A DNA stretch of 64,000 bases from Callorhinchus milii (lineage: Eukaryota): the NCBI RefSeq assembly GCF_018977255.1, contig NW_024704743.1:3164001-3228000 (forward strand), read 5' to 3'. Shown in pieces: positions 47,601 to 60,218 of the stretch (within the stretch, counting starts at the first letter, position 1; the number at the start of each line of letters is the position of its first letter). The translations under genes and the position numbers were made by a program. The notes beneath the pieces were generated by a model. The model saw nothing but the letters and a program-made list of their open reading frames with translations, did not search any database and was not told where the DNA came from.

Positions 47601-50600
47601 CCACCGCCTGTCTCCCTCGGGAGCCCCTTCCATAAGTTTACAACTCGCTCGCTGGGGTAGTGTTTCCGCAGATTTGTTCTGAATTTACCCCCCCCCCACC
47701 CCCGCCTCAATCGCAGGCCGTGCCCTCTGGTTCTACTGTTCAGCACAAGATAAAACAGCTTCTCGTGGGTCTAAGTTATAAAGGCCCTTCAGAATCTTAA
47801 AGAGCGTAATCATATCGCCCCTCAACCTTCTCTTCCTCCAGCGTGAACGTGCCACGCATCTTCGGATGAGACATTAACAGGACTTTGTGAATGCCCTGTG
47901 TCGTGTAGATGTTGCGGTTAATGCACTCTCTTTCTCTCTCTCCCCCCCACCCCCTCTCTCTCTCGCTCTCTGTCCTGTAGGACTGTGTGGACGTGAAGCA
48001 GATTTTGGTGGAGAGCGGCCTGGGTTCGGGAGCTGTGACTGAACGTGACGTGGCTCACTTTTCCGCCGTCCTCCTGTACCACGTGCTGCAGGGCCACTGT
48101 CTGCTCCCTCAGTTGGCACCTGAGTACTTCCTGGATTACATCTTCCACGCTTTCCAGAACGAGTCAGAGAATATCACGGCAGCGGGTACATTTACATCCA
48201 CACTGTTCGCTGTGCAGGCCTCGCTGTGCAGGGAGGCCATATCAGGGCCTGAAAATTATTGTGGCGTCCTGTCGCATAGTGGTTAGAGCACTCGTCTCCC
48301 GAGCGAGAGCAATTGGGTTTGATCCCACAGGAAGTGGTATCTCTGGCAACCTGACCCCCTGCATGGCTATATTTTGTTGTCAGAGCAGGTCTGGTGGAGG
48401 GAACTTTACTGTCTCTCTAACCCAGGGAGTGTGGACGGACAGTGTAGAGACAGCTTTTCTGTGTCTCTAACCCTGATTTGGGAGCGTGGACGGACAGTGT
48501 AGAGGGAGGGAGCTTTGGGTTGAGGTCATGGCAGGGATCTATTGATGTGTGGAACAAGAAAGTGGTTACAAACTGTTACCGTAATCTCAGTGACCTTCTG
48601 TCCCATCCCTGAAAGAATCAACGTGTCCACCTTACAGATCTGGACGAGCTGATGAGTCGCATTGGCCTGGGCACGGGTGGGGCCCACGAGCAGCTCCTGT
48701 CAGTGAGAAGCCTGGAGCAGAGGAACCAAGTCCAAGACAACAGCAGCATATGGGACACAGTACGTCCCGTCCTTTGTAATCATCATGATAATAATCCTTG
48801 CATTTGAAATAGCACCTTATCGTGTCGTTGAGATTTCTCGACTGATAAGCTTGACTGATAAAGGGCTGTCTCAAATGCTATTATAATATTATTATTAATA
48901 TTCTGGAACGTATTGGGGTGAAACTTATTGGGGTGGGATGTGGAGTGAGTGAGAACTGACCTGACCTTGGTCCTTCTCGTTGCAGACGTGCTTCACCTCC
49001 AGTGATCTGCTGGAGATCTACCAGATCCCCATCAATGGCACAATCTCTCGCAGTCAATTTGTTCAGCTGAGCCCTGCCTTGATCCAGCAACTGCTGAGCG
49101 GGGCCTGCTCTCTGCGTCCAAGCCCAGAGCACCCAAAGGATCAGCTGACCACAGCAGAAAGTACGAAGGTCTTGCGTGTAATATCTTCTCCCGCACCAGG
49201 CTCCGTGACCCTATCATCCCCATCCTCGCCCGATTCCACTGCTTTAGGGTTTGAATTAAAATTTCGTGAAGAAACTTTTTGGTCTTATGTTTGCTCTTTC
49301 TCTCTCTGTGGGGGGTGTGGGTGGGGGTGGGGGAGCAGGGAGTCATCCCCCTCATCTCCTGTTAACCCTGCAAGCCAAAGCCCTAACGGATAGGGCGGTC
49401 CGAGCTGGACAAGTAGCGTGAGAGACTGGCCGGACAGCAATATCAATGGCAAGCTGGGCGGCTTTAGCTGGTTAAGACTCCAGCAGTTACCCCAACGCAC
49501 AATCTAGGGTCCCCCCGAGCCTTGGCTCTTGCCAACCTGCGTCTAACACTTTCCGGGATTAGGTAAACAGGATGCGTCCCTCCAAGGAGAGAGGGAGAGA
49601 GCGCATCCCATTCCAACAATCTATCTCTGGGATTTCCATACGTAAGTGGGATACATGGAATTCTCAGCTTGGTTTGGAGACTCTTAAGCGACGGTGATGG
49701 GTTTCCGCATGTGTCAGACACCCGGCTGAGCGCCCATAAAAAAAAACTCTCTCTTGCTCTCTCTCTCTCTCTCCACAGAATATATTTACGGCACTGTTGC
49801 GACACTGCTGGTGAGCCTGGCTGCCGTGTTCGGCATTGTGATCGTTGCCTTCACTACCTGCGGCAACGCGTATCAATACGTTATCCAGCTCTTCATCAGC
49901 CTGGCTGTAGGCTCACTGAGTGGTGACGCTGTGCTGCATCTCATCCCATCGGTGAGCAACCGCGACATCAGAGGTCGGGCCTTCAACCTCTCTGCCCCCA
50001 CTCTTTGGAACTCCATCCCACAGTCACTTCATCCCGCTGCCCTCCTCACCCCAACCCCCTGCTTGGGTCCAAACTCTGACCGTCCAGCGCCTTGGGGCGT
50101 CCTCCCGACGTGAAATACGCGGTGTAAATGCAACTTGTTGTGGTTATAACAATGATGGCTTGTGTCCTTGTGCCAGTTCCTGAATCTCCACAGTGACGCG
50201 CCAGACATGGATCACAGCCACTCCGAGGACTCTATCCACGTCTGGAAACTGCTCGCTGTTCTCGGAGGCATCTACATGTTCTTCGTGATGGAGCGCGTGT
50301 TCGGCATCCTGATGGGAGACGGCGAGGTAAGATTTGGGCTTCCTCAGCTCCAACACAAAATTTCTTACACCAAACAACTTCCTGTAGACAGCAATATCAA
50401 TGGCAAGTTATGTGCGGTTTTAGCTGCTTAGGCTCCAGCAGTTACCCCCAACGCACACTCTGGGTCCCACCAAGGCTCTTGCCAACCTGCGCCTAATACT
50501 TTAGGAATTAGGTAAGCAGGATGCTTCCCTCCAGAGAGAGAGAGAGAGAGAGAGCTCATTGCATTCCAACAAACTATCTCTGGGATTTCCATGTGTAGGC

Positions 50601-53600
50601 GGGATGCATAGAAATCTCAACTTGGTTTGGAGACTCTTAAACGTGGTGATGGGTTTCCATGTGTGTCAGACACCCGGCTGACCCCTCCAAAAATGTTCCC
50701 CAGATCCTCCATGTTTTGTTTGATTTAACGTTTAATAACACCCCCACTAAAAAATGTGGTCACTCAATCCACCTCTGTTTGGGGGACACCACTGTCCGCC
50801 ATCGGCTGCTGCATTTTGCCCACAAAATACACAGTAAATCCACTATACAGTATATCCTGTGAAGCGCTTTGAGGCGTCTCAATGACGTGGTAAGGCGCAA
50901 CATCGAATGCATGGATTTTTGTTATTTCTCATTGGCTTCAGGTCTCTGGGAGGGATGCACTGCCACTTAGTGGTCAATAGTTAATGTCAGCGCTAACTCT
51001 GAAACAGACGAAGCTTACCTTGTACTGGGGTACAATACAACAACAATAACTTGCATTTATTTAGCGCCCTTCACGCCGGACGGCCTCTTGGACCACTTAA
51101 CAGTGGTGGAAACAGAAGGAGGGGGAAGATGACCGTAAACACAGTCAATGAGGAAGGTCCTAAAGCATGACCTGAAGATGGTGGAAGGGGGTGGGCAAGG
51201 CAAAGGAAACGAGGGAGAGAGTGCCACAACTTTGGGAGTTGTGGCTGAAAGCACAGTCGCCAATGGTGGGCCGGAGAGTCCAGGGGATAAGGAGGAGGCC
51301 GGAGCCAGTTGAGCGGAGGCAGCGGGTAGTGGTGTGGGAGGACGTCCCAAGGCGCTGGACTGTCAAGGATTTACATCCAAGGAGGTGGTTGAGATCAAGT
51401 GGGGTGGAGGGCAGGGAATTTAGGGGTAGGAGGGTGACCGAAGGCTTGGTCGAAGAGGAGGATCTTGAGATGGGCCTTGAAGGAGGTAAAGGACAGGGCG
51501 AATCGGAGGAGCTCCGGGATGGAGTTCCAGAAAGTTCCAGGAGCTAAGTTTAAGATCTAAATCTTAGAATCATGGAATCTTACAGAAGAGAAGGAGGCCA
51601 TTCAGCCCATTGTGCCTGTGCCGGCTCTTTGGAAGAGCTACGCAATCGGTCCCACTCCCCCGCTCTTCTGTCCACATCCTTTAAAATGTTTGCTTTTCAA
51701 GTACCTATCCCTTTTGAAAGTTGTTATTGACTCTGTTTCCACCAGCCTTTCAGGCAGCGCATTCCAGACGTGAAGTGGTCAAAATCGATCTTGCGGCCAG
51801 AGGGCTGTGAGGTGCGTTGTGACAAGCTTGTCCTTGTTGTTTTGCTGGCAGGAGGAAGATGACGGGCATCACTGTGACCACGTGCTGGCAATCCAGTCAT
51901 TCAAGGACGAGCAGAACAAGCATCAAACAATGTCCCAGGTGGACCTGGTGAGGACACCAACCCCTTTTATTTCCCGTTCATTCCCCACGTCTTCTTTTTC
52001 TCTTATGCCTTTCTTGCCTCATGCCTCTCTTGTTCTTTCTTCTTCTCCCTCTCTCTTGATTTCCTTTCTGTTTTCCAAACAAAGTAAGTCAACACAGTTG
52101 TAGACTCCCGTAACCCTGTGGTTAGCAAGCGAGAGGACCCGGGTTTGGTTCCCAGGCAGGGTGTAACCTTAGACAAGTTTCCTTACTCCACACGCCTCTG
52201 TTTACCTAGCAGTAAGTAGGAATATGGTTGCAGTCAACAGTCGATTGGTTGATTGCTATCCAGGGGTAATAATCCCTCTAAAAAAAACATATGGTCATTC
52301 AATCCATGACTGTTTGTGCGGACACTGCTGTGCGCAATTGGCTGCAATGTTCTGCCCACAACATACACGGTCAATCCACTTTACAGGAAATCCTGTGAAG
52401 CGCTTTCAGGTGTCTCAACGACGTGCTACAACAAATCAAAATCGAAAGAATTATTATTATCTTCTTCTGTATGAAAGGCGCTGCATAGTTACAAATTGTT
52501 GTTGTTGAGACCAGATCTAACACGTGTTCAAACATCTTCATGTCTAGGTGACCTCAGAGATGCCCCTGGATTCTGAGATTAAGCAACGCACGAGTAAAGG
52601 TTAGTTAAAGATCTTGCTTCAATCCTCAGCAATAATGGGTTGAGCTTCAGAATGCTTCAAAAACATTAGCTTAGTGGTTAGAGCACTCGCCTCGCAAGAG
52701 AGAGGACCAAGTTTCCTTACTCCACAGGCCTCTGCTTGCTTAGCAGTGAGTAGGAACCCGGTTGTTAGTCAATTGGCGAATCGCTTTTCCAGGGACAATA
52801 ATCCATTCAAAAAAAAAAGTTTGTGAGATGCTACTGTGATCAATTGGCTTCTCCCACAAAAATATACAGTCACATTGTATCCTGGTATCCTGTGAAGCGC
52901 TTTGAGATGTTTTGAAGACCTGATAAGGCGCTGTATCAAATGCAAGGATTATTATTAATATTGAGTGAATTTCGAATTCAAGATCCTCACCCTCACCTAC
53001 AAGGCCATTCACGGCCTCGCTCCCTCCTACCTCTCCGACCTACTATCCCCCTACCTACCTGCCCGTACCCTCCGTTCCTCTGGCTCCGGTCTGCTCCACA
53101 TCCCCCGTCCCACCATCGGTGGTCGGGCCTTCAGCCTCTCAGCCCCGAAGCTCTGGAACTCCATCCCCCAGTGCCTTCGCCACCTCCTCCTTTCCTCCTT
53201 TAAGGCCGGTCTCAAGACCTTTCTCTTTGACCTTCAGCCTTCAGCTCCCCTCTCGACTCTCTACCCCCTCCTCGCTCCCTCCCTTCCCTCCCCTCACCCT
53301 GACCATTTCCCCCCTGCTCGGGTCCTGACCCAACTGTCCAGCGCCTTGGGAAGTCCTCCCGACGTGAAAGGCGCTCTATAAATGGAATCTTGTTGTTGTT
53401 GTTGTTGTTGTTAAGGGACCAAAGGGCTTTGAGATGTCCTCACGGCATGAAAGGCGCTGTATAAATGTGAATCGTATTGAACTGTCCATGTTATTTGATA
53501 TTTTTGTCTCCTCTGTTTTTTCCTTTGCTCCACAGAGCTGCGATTGCTACCGTACATGATTGTTATAGGTGACGGGATCCACAATTTTGCGGATGGGTTG

Positions 53601-55820
53601 GCTATAGGAGCCGCCTTCTCTATGTCCTGGAAGGCTGGACTTGGTACAGCGACTGCAGTTTTCTGCCATGAACTGCCTCACGAAATGGGTAAGGATTTTC
53701 CTCTGCATCTCAGCTTCGCCCCCCCCCCCCACCCCACCCCACCACACCCCCCCCCCCATACACCCTTACACCTGGTCCCTGATATTTCCAAAGACATTAT
53801 TATGAAGTCTAGTGACTGTTGTGACCACCACAGTCACTAATAATACTAATAACAAACGCTCAATCCACAATGGTTTGTGGGACACTGTTTTGCTGCATTT
53901 CACCCACTCGATGACCTGCTAACCCCATAACAACCTGTACGCTCCCTCTGGTCAGCAGGCTCCGCCTGATCCCCGATCCCCGCCCGGCTCACCCCAGTAT
54001 CGGTGGTCAGGCCTTCAGCCTCCCTGCCCCCACCCTTTGGAACTCCAACCTACAGTCCCTTCAACTCGCCCCCTCCTTTGCCTCCTTCAAGGCACATCTC
54101 AAGACCCTCCTTTTCGTCCGCGCCTTCGGTCACCCTCCTACCCTTACCCTCTCTGCCCTCCACGCTCCCTGATCCCAACCACTAGCTCGGGTTCAAATTC
54201 CTGACTGTCCAGCGCCTTGGAACCTCCTCCCGATGTGAGAGGCACTGTGCAAATGTAATTTTATATTGTACCTAATCTTAACCACCCCTTAACCATCTTA
54301 AACATCGCTTACCTAATCTTAACCCATAGTCTTAACAATGTTGTCGCCATCCGCACTGTAGGTGACTTTGCAGTCCTGCTGCACGCAGGTGTGTCTATAA
54401 AGAGGGCCATGCTGATGAACCTTGGGAGTGCCATGACCGCCTTCATTGGCCTATACATCGCACTGGGAGTTGCCACGGATCCTATGGTTCAGCAATGGAT
54501 ATTCACGGTCACTACAGGGCTCTTCCTGTACGTGGCCCTGGTAGATATGGTAAGATCCATCGTCCTGGCTTAGCTGGTCGCACTTAGACCTCCGGCTCCG
54601 AAGCTTGTTGTAGAGGTTACAGCACTTGCAAGCGAGAGGACCCTGGTTCGCAAGTCTCCTTACTCCACACGCCTCTGTTTACCTAGCATTAAGTAGGAAC
54701 CCGGTTGATAATCGATTGATGGATCACTTTTCCAGGGATAATAGTTACTTCTAAATAAATACAAATGATAATAGTTTGTTTCACTCAATCCCCGAATGTT
54801 TGTGGGACACTGCCGTGCGCAATTGGCTGCTGTGTTTCGCCCGCAAAATATACAGTCAATTCACTTTACAGTCTATTCTCTGAAGCGCATTGAGACATCT
54901 CGGACATATGATAAGGCGCTATATCAAATGCAAGGATTATTATTATTATTACTGCAAAAGAGAAAGGATTTTCTCTCTCCCAGTATCCTGCTGGATGAAC
55001 TTCTAGGATCATTCACGTCGTGGCTGATTGTTAAACACCAGGAGAAACTTGCTTTTCTCTTTCAATAGAAACTTTATCGTCGACCCAAGCAGACAGGAAC
55101 CTGCTTTAATTTCGTGGTGCCTCTGACTATGGAGCACTTTCCCCCTCCCATCACTAGCACTGTGGAGGAGCAACAGCCTGGACCGGGCACTCGATTCAGC
55201 CTACGTCAGCCTGGCTCAGTGGTAGCACCCTCGATTCTTAGTCAGAAAGTTGTGAGTTGAGGTCCCCACATTGGGACTTGGAATCACATAGTCTAAGCTG
55301 ACACTTCAATGCAGTGTTGGGGGTTCAATGCATTGTCGTAGGTGCCGTCCTTTGGATGAGACGTTAAACCAAGGTTCCTGCTACGTTTTCAGGTGGATGT
55401 TAAAAATCCCATTGTACCGTTCACAAAGAGAAGACAGTTTTTCTCTTCCAATGTCCCGGCTGACAATCCCCGAAATAAAATTAGTCACTTGCTCAATGGC
55501 TGTTGGTGGGACATTGCTGTGTGCAAATTGTTCGCTCACAAAATACACCGTCACTGCAATTTATGGTAAATCCTGGAGCGCTTTGAGACGTCTCAGTGAC
55601 TTGATATCGAATCTGAGGATTATTACTGTATTCTAATTCTCCATTCAGGGTCCTCTCTGGAATTTGACAGTGCCTCATTTTTTCCCTGCAGCTGCCTGAG
55701 ATGATGCGAGCGAAAGACAGCAATCCCTGGCTGTTGTTTTTTCTACAGAATGTGGGCCTGGTGCTGGGCTGGGTCTTACTCCTGCTTCTCTCACTCTTTG
55801 AGGACCAGATCCACATCTGA
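44644..55820 (+). CDS. SLC39A4: Zinc transporter ZIP4 (LIV-1 subfamily); 12 exons 44644-44874, 46216-46506, 47981-48185, 48638-48759, 48986-49160, 49779-49951, 50177-50326, 51852-51947, 52548-52599, 53536-53688, 54362-54549, 55692-55820; 654 aa
   Basis: Signal peptide; RVQC..CGK/C; PAL motif [51 protein letters not shown]-terminal NVGLVLGW...LFEDQIHI*. All introns are GT-AG and in phase. An in-frame upstream ATG exists at 44587. Confidence 0.95.
50961..50976 (-). promoter_or_regulatory. CTCF-like motif in SLC39A4 intron 7
   Basis: TGCCACTTAGTGGTCA resembles the CTCF core TGCCMYCTAGTGG. Confidence 0.35.
52965..53412 (+). mobile_element. L2 LINE 3' fragment (young subfamily) in SLC39A4 intron 9
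   Basis: [24 protein letters not shown]...[17 protein letters not shown] and a (TTG)n tail. Confidence 0.85.
55208..55635 (+). mobile_element. Deu-domain SINE (SacSINE/AmnSINE-like DeuSINE), family B
   Basis: tRNA-like head AGCCTGGCTCAGTGGTAGCAC...AGTCAGAA.GTTGTG.GTT and Deu-like core GGTGCCGTCCTT.GGATGAGACGTTAAACC...TTCAGGTGGA.GTTAAA.ATCC, followed by an L2-type tail. Other copies at about 11195-11380, 28728-29200, 30030-30300, 41020-41910 (split by CR1), 42080-42330 and 55870-56200. Confidence 0.7.
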
Positions 55821-57551
55821 AAGAACAAGGACCTCATCCGATCCTGGCAGCTCTGTCGCAATTGTGTGTCAGCCGGGCTCAGCGGTAGCGCTCTCGCCTC
55901 TCAGTCAGAAGGTTGTGGATTCAAGCCCCTTGTCTGGACTTGGAATCACATAGTCTAAGCTGGTGCAATTGGAAAAGAGAAGGGAGTTTTTCTCTCTCAG
56001 TGTCCTGGCCAACAATCCCCCAAATGAAATTGGTCACTCGCTCCTTGGTTGTTTGTGGGACGCTGCTGTGTGCAAACTGGCTGCTGGGTTTTGTTCACAA
56101 AATACAATTAATCTACTTTGCAGTATATGCTGTGTCTGTGTAGCACTTTGAGACGTCTCGATGATGTGCTAGAACAAATGCAAGGATTATTATTATTAAT
56201 TTCCCCATCTCGCTCTCTCTCCTCTCTTGGCCCTGCTGTACAGTGGTGCCCAACAGCACCTCTCGCACTACGATGTATCTTACAGAGACCCTCCACACTC
56301 TTCCCCAACAGACACTGATTTAAGGTATGTGGAGTCCTGTAGCTTTGTGGTTAGAGCAGTCATCTCACAAGTGAGAGAACCTGGGTTTCATTCCCGGGCA
56401 GGGCGAAACTTTGGGCATGTTTCCTTTTACAAGGATTATTATTATTATTATTATTATTAAGTTACAGATAATCCGGATACACTGGCATCAGTGGAGCTGT
56501 TTGAAAGGGAGATGGAGAGATGTTTTGGGAAGTACCTTGAGAGACTTGAGTGTTAAAGAGGTGTGGAGAGAGAGACAGAGAAATAGGGATTAAATTAAAC
56601 TGATAAGAAACATTCATGAACCTATGAGTTTGATTGGAAAATCAATAGGCTGAATAATAGTAATAATAATAATCTTTGCATTTGATATAGCACCTTATCA
56701 CGTCTTTGAGACGAAGCACTTCACAGAATATACTGTAAAGTGAATTGACTCTGTATTTTGTGGACGAAACGCAGCAGTCAATGGCGCGGAGCAGTGTCCC
56801 ACACACAGTCGTGGATTGAGTGACCAAATGATTATTTTTCATTTTTTTAAGAAAATTTAAATTTAGAGGGATTATTATCCCCAGAAAAGCCATCCAGCAA
56901 TCGACTAACAACCAGGATGCTACTTACTGCTAGCTAAACATAGGAACATAGGAACAGGAGTAGGCCATTCAGCCCTTTGAGCCTGTTCTGCCATTTAATT
57001 AGATCATGGTTGATCTGTACCTCAACTAATCTTTTCAATTCAAATTTCCTGCTTTCTCCCCATATCCCTTTATATCCTGACCTACCAAAAATCTATCAAC
57101 AGAGGTGTGTGGAGTAAGGAAATTTGCCCAACGTTTTGCCCTTCCCGGGAATTGAACCCAGGTCCTCTCGCTTATGAGGGGAGTCCTTTAACCACTAAGC
57201 TACAGGACCACAATTGGTCCCCAAGCTATTGTCCCCAGCGTCAGGTCTAGGCACTGATTTGTGCAGCAATGGGCAATAAGGTCAAGTTGTGAATATTGGT
57301 CTGTTTGCAATTTGTTTTTGTTGTTATTTTGTAAGACATTGGATTATTGGTTCTAATATTGGCTTCAGCGACTCCCTCCCACTGATGGATCAGAAAGAGG
57401 AGAGCAGAGAAGCGGGATACTGCCACAAGCTCATCCAAAATCCAGTGTCTTCCCACCCCACGCCAACATACACCCCGGGAAAAGATCATGTAACCCAGAG
57501 ACCACAGTGTAAATACTGTACATACGTAAAGCTTCCTTCAGGCTTCTCTTA

Positions 57552-57880
57552 TGTGGAGTCCTGTAGCTCAGCGGTTAGAGCACTCGCTTTGCAAGCGAGA
57601 GACCTGAGTTCAATCCCAGGCAGAGGGCGAAACCTTGGGCAAGTTTCCTTACTCCACACAGAGCCTAATAATATTCCCTCCAAAACCAAAAACAATAATA
57701 AATTGGTCACTTTCAATCCACGACTGTTTGTGGGACATTGCTGTGCGCAATTGGCTGCCGGGTTCGCCCACAAATATACAGTCAATTCACTTTGCAGTTT
57801 ATTCTGTGAAGCGCTTTGTGACGTCCTCCCGACGTGAAAAGCGCTATATCAAATGCAAGGATTATTATTATTATTATTAT
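57552..57880 (+). mobile_element. SINE family A, internally deleted subfamily
   Basis: Full tRNA-like head with TTGCAAG loop and diagnostic ACACAGAGCCTAATAATATTCCCTCCAAAACC; near-identical to 58940-59265 (-) and 33488-33815 (+). Confidence 0.85.
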
Positions 57881-58219
57881 CTGAGTTGAAGTGGCTTGGG
57901 ACGTCCTCCTGAATGGAAAGGGGCTATATAAACGCAATTTGTTGTTGTTTTCGTTGTTGCCACCCCACAGTCCCTTCGTCCTGTTCCCTTGTTTGTCTCC
58001 CTCAAGACCCTCCTCTTTGACCACGCGTTCGGCCGCCCTCCACCCCTCCTAATTGCAACCCCCAGCTCTGGTGCAAATCCCTGACTGTCCAGCGCCTTGG
58101 GACTTCCTCCCGACGTGAAAGGGGCTTTACAAATGTAATATATTGTTTGTTGTTGTTGTTTTGTAAGACATTGGACAGTAAAGAGGGAATTTTATTATCG
58201 TTATAATAAAACCAAGGAG

Positions 58220-58665
58220 TCTTTGCCATTATTGAACAGCATGGTAAGATACACTTGTCCTGTATCAGGTCTCCAGAAAGTCCTGTTACCCCCATTTCTC
58301 TCTCTCTACAGTGCGTTGACTAACAACGGAGATATGTGGAAGAATGATGATAACTGTGTTTAGAAGTACTTAATTGCATTCAATACAAGTGTTTAACTGT
58401 ATTTAGACATCCAGAGGATGGGATTGAGTGAGTGAGTGAGTGAGTGAGTGCCATCATTTTCATGGCAGATAATGATCCGGCGCCGTGTTCAGTGCCACAA
58501 CTTCTGTAATATGGATGGAGTGTGGAAGCGAAATGCACCTCTGACAGATAGCTTCAGCTCCTCCGTAGTCTCATATCCCTTTGTTTCGTAACAGGATGGG
58601 GTAACAGGATTTTGTAGACATCCTATACATGCCTGTACTTATTGCAAGCTCAATTACCGGCACAT
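58220..58665. mobile_element. Probable MITE / non-autonomous DNA transposon
   Basis: Imperfect inverted repeats (TCCTGTTACCCC at about 58281 versus GGGGTAACAGGA at about 58598, extending outward); the internal segment has a second copy at 47131-47302. Confidence 0.5.
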
Positions 58666-58939
58666 ATGTAATTGTACCTGCAAAATACAGGTTCCTTTTT
58701 TTTAAAGATTCACTCAATTTGGAATCTAATTTTCTACAAGATTTTCCAGTTCTTTATAAGCTGACGTAGCTTATGAACCAATTTTGTGGGTGCGTTTCAC
58801 CCACAAGATACAGTCAATTCACTTTACAGTATAACCTGTAAAGCGCTTTGAGACGGCTCGAAGACGTGATAAGTTGCTTTATCAAATGCAAGGACTTTTA
58901 TTATTATTATCATTATTATTATTATTAATTGTTCTTTAA

Positions 58940-59265
58940 CAATAATAATAATAATCCTTGCATTTGATATAGCGCTTTTCACGTCGGGAGGACGTCCCAA
59001 AGCGCTTCACAGAACACACTGTAAAGTGAATTGACTGTATATTTGTGGGTGAACGCGGCAGCCAATTGCGCACAGCAATGTCCCACAAACAATCGTAGAT
59101 TGAAAATGACCAATTTTATTATTGTTTTGGGTTTTGGAGGGAATATTATTAGGCTCTGTGTGGAGTAAGGAAACTTGCCCAAGGTTTCGCCCTCTGCCGG
59201 GAATTGAACTCGGGTCTCTCGCTTGCAAAGCGAGCGCTCTAACCACCGAGCTGCAGGACTCCACG
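58940..59265 (-). mobile_element. SINE family A, internally deleted subfamily (inverted partner of 57552-57880)
   Basis: Reverse-complement match across head, body and tail. Confidence 0.85.
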
Positions 59266-59839
59266 AGCCTTTGTAGACAGGCAGCATCGGAAATCCCTGC
59301 CGTGAACACAGCGACCAATAACAACAATAATAATAATCCTCGCATTTGATACAGCGCTTTTCACGTCTTCTCGACCTGCCGAAGCGCTTCACAGAATACA
59401 CCGTAAAGTGAAGTGACTGTATATCTGTGGGCGAAACGCGGCGGCTTGCAGTACCACTGTGTCCACTCCGTGGTGTGAGAGCTGGTTAGACTCCCGGCAG
59501 GTAGACCCCCAGCAAAGCACACGCTGGGCGTCCCCACGTCTTTGACAACCTGCGCTCACGCCGTCCGGAATGAGGTGAACAGGATGCCTCCCCCACCCCC
59601 CACCCCACCCCACCCAGGGAGGGAGAGAGCGCGAGAGCATCGCATTCCGACAGTCTGTCTCTGGGGGGTTTCCACGCGTAGGTGGGATGGGTGTGGAATT
59701 CTCAGATTGGTTTGGGTACTCTCAAGCAATGGTGAACCAAGAAAATCTGCGCCCTGATTGAACTCACACGTTGGAGACACTCCCTAAACCTGATACATTG
59801 GAGACGTTCCCTAACTCACTCACTCACACACACACACAC

Positions 59840-60206
59840 ACACACGTGGGCTGCACTGCGCCTGCGCGACGCTTCACTTCTACACGGACAGGGGTGGGGC
59901 TGCACTGCGCCTGCGCGACGCTTCAACACATCATATCGCGAGATGTTGGTGAGTGAGTGAGTGAGTGAAGCGCCGGGTCCCCGCGCCGCGCGAGCAGCTA
60001 CACCGACCCCCTCCCCCCCCACACCGACCCCCTCCCCCCCCACACCGAGCCCCTCCCCCCCACACCGACCCCCTCCCCCCCCCACACCGACCCCCTCCCC
60101 CCCACACCAACACCCCGAGACGCCCCCCCACCCCAACACCGCCCCGAGTTCCGCAACCGCACGTCAGCCTCGGCACGATTGTCGGTCTCTTGTTTTTGAG
60201 GTGAGT
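59840..60206 (+). promoter_or_regulatory. Probable CPSF1 CpG-rich promoter and non-coding first exon
   Basis: Duplicated 29-bp block containing NRF1-like TGCGCCTGCGC (59848-59876, 59897-59925); CACGTG (59843); BANP/ZBTB33-type TATCGCGAGA (59934-59943); donor candidates GTGAGT at 59949 and GAG|GTGAGT at 60201. Confidence 0.55.
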
Positions 60207-60218
60207 GAAAAGGCCCCG

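Noticed and set aside
57552..57630. tRNA-Ala(TGC)-like gene, and many similar heads
   Set aside because: Each continues into the SINE body and tail and lacks a proper acceptor stem and terminator; these are SINE heads.
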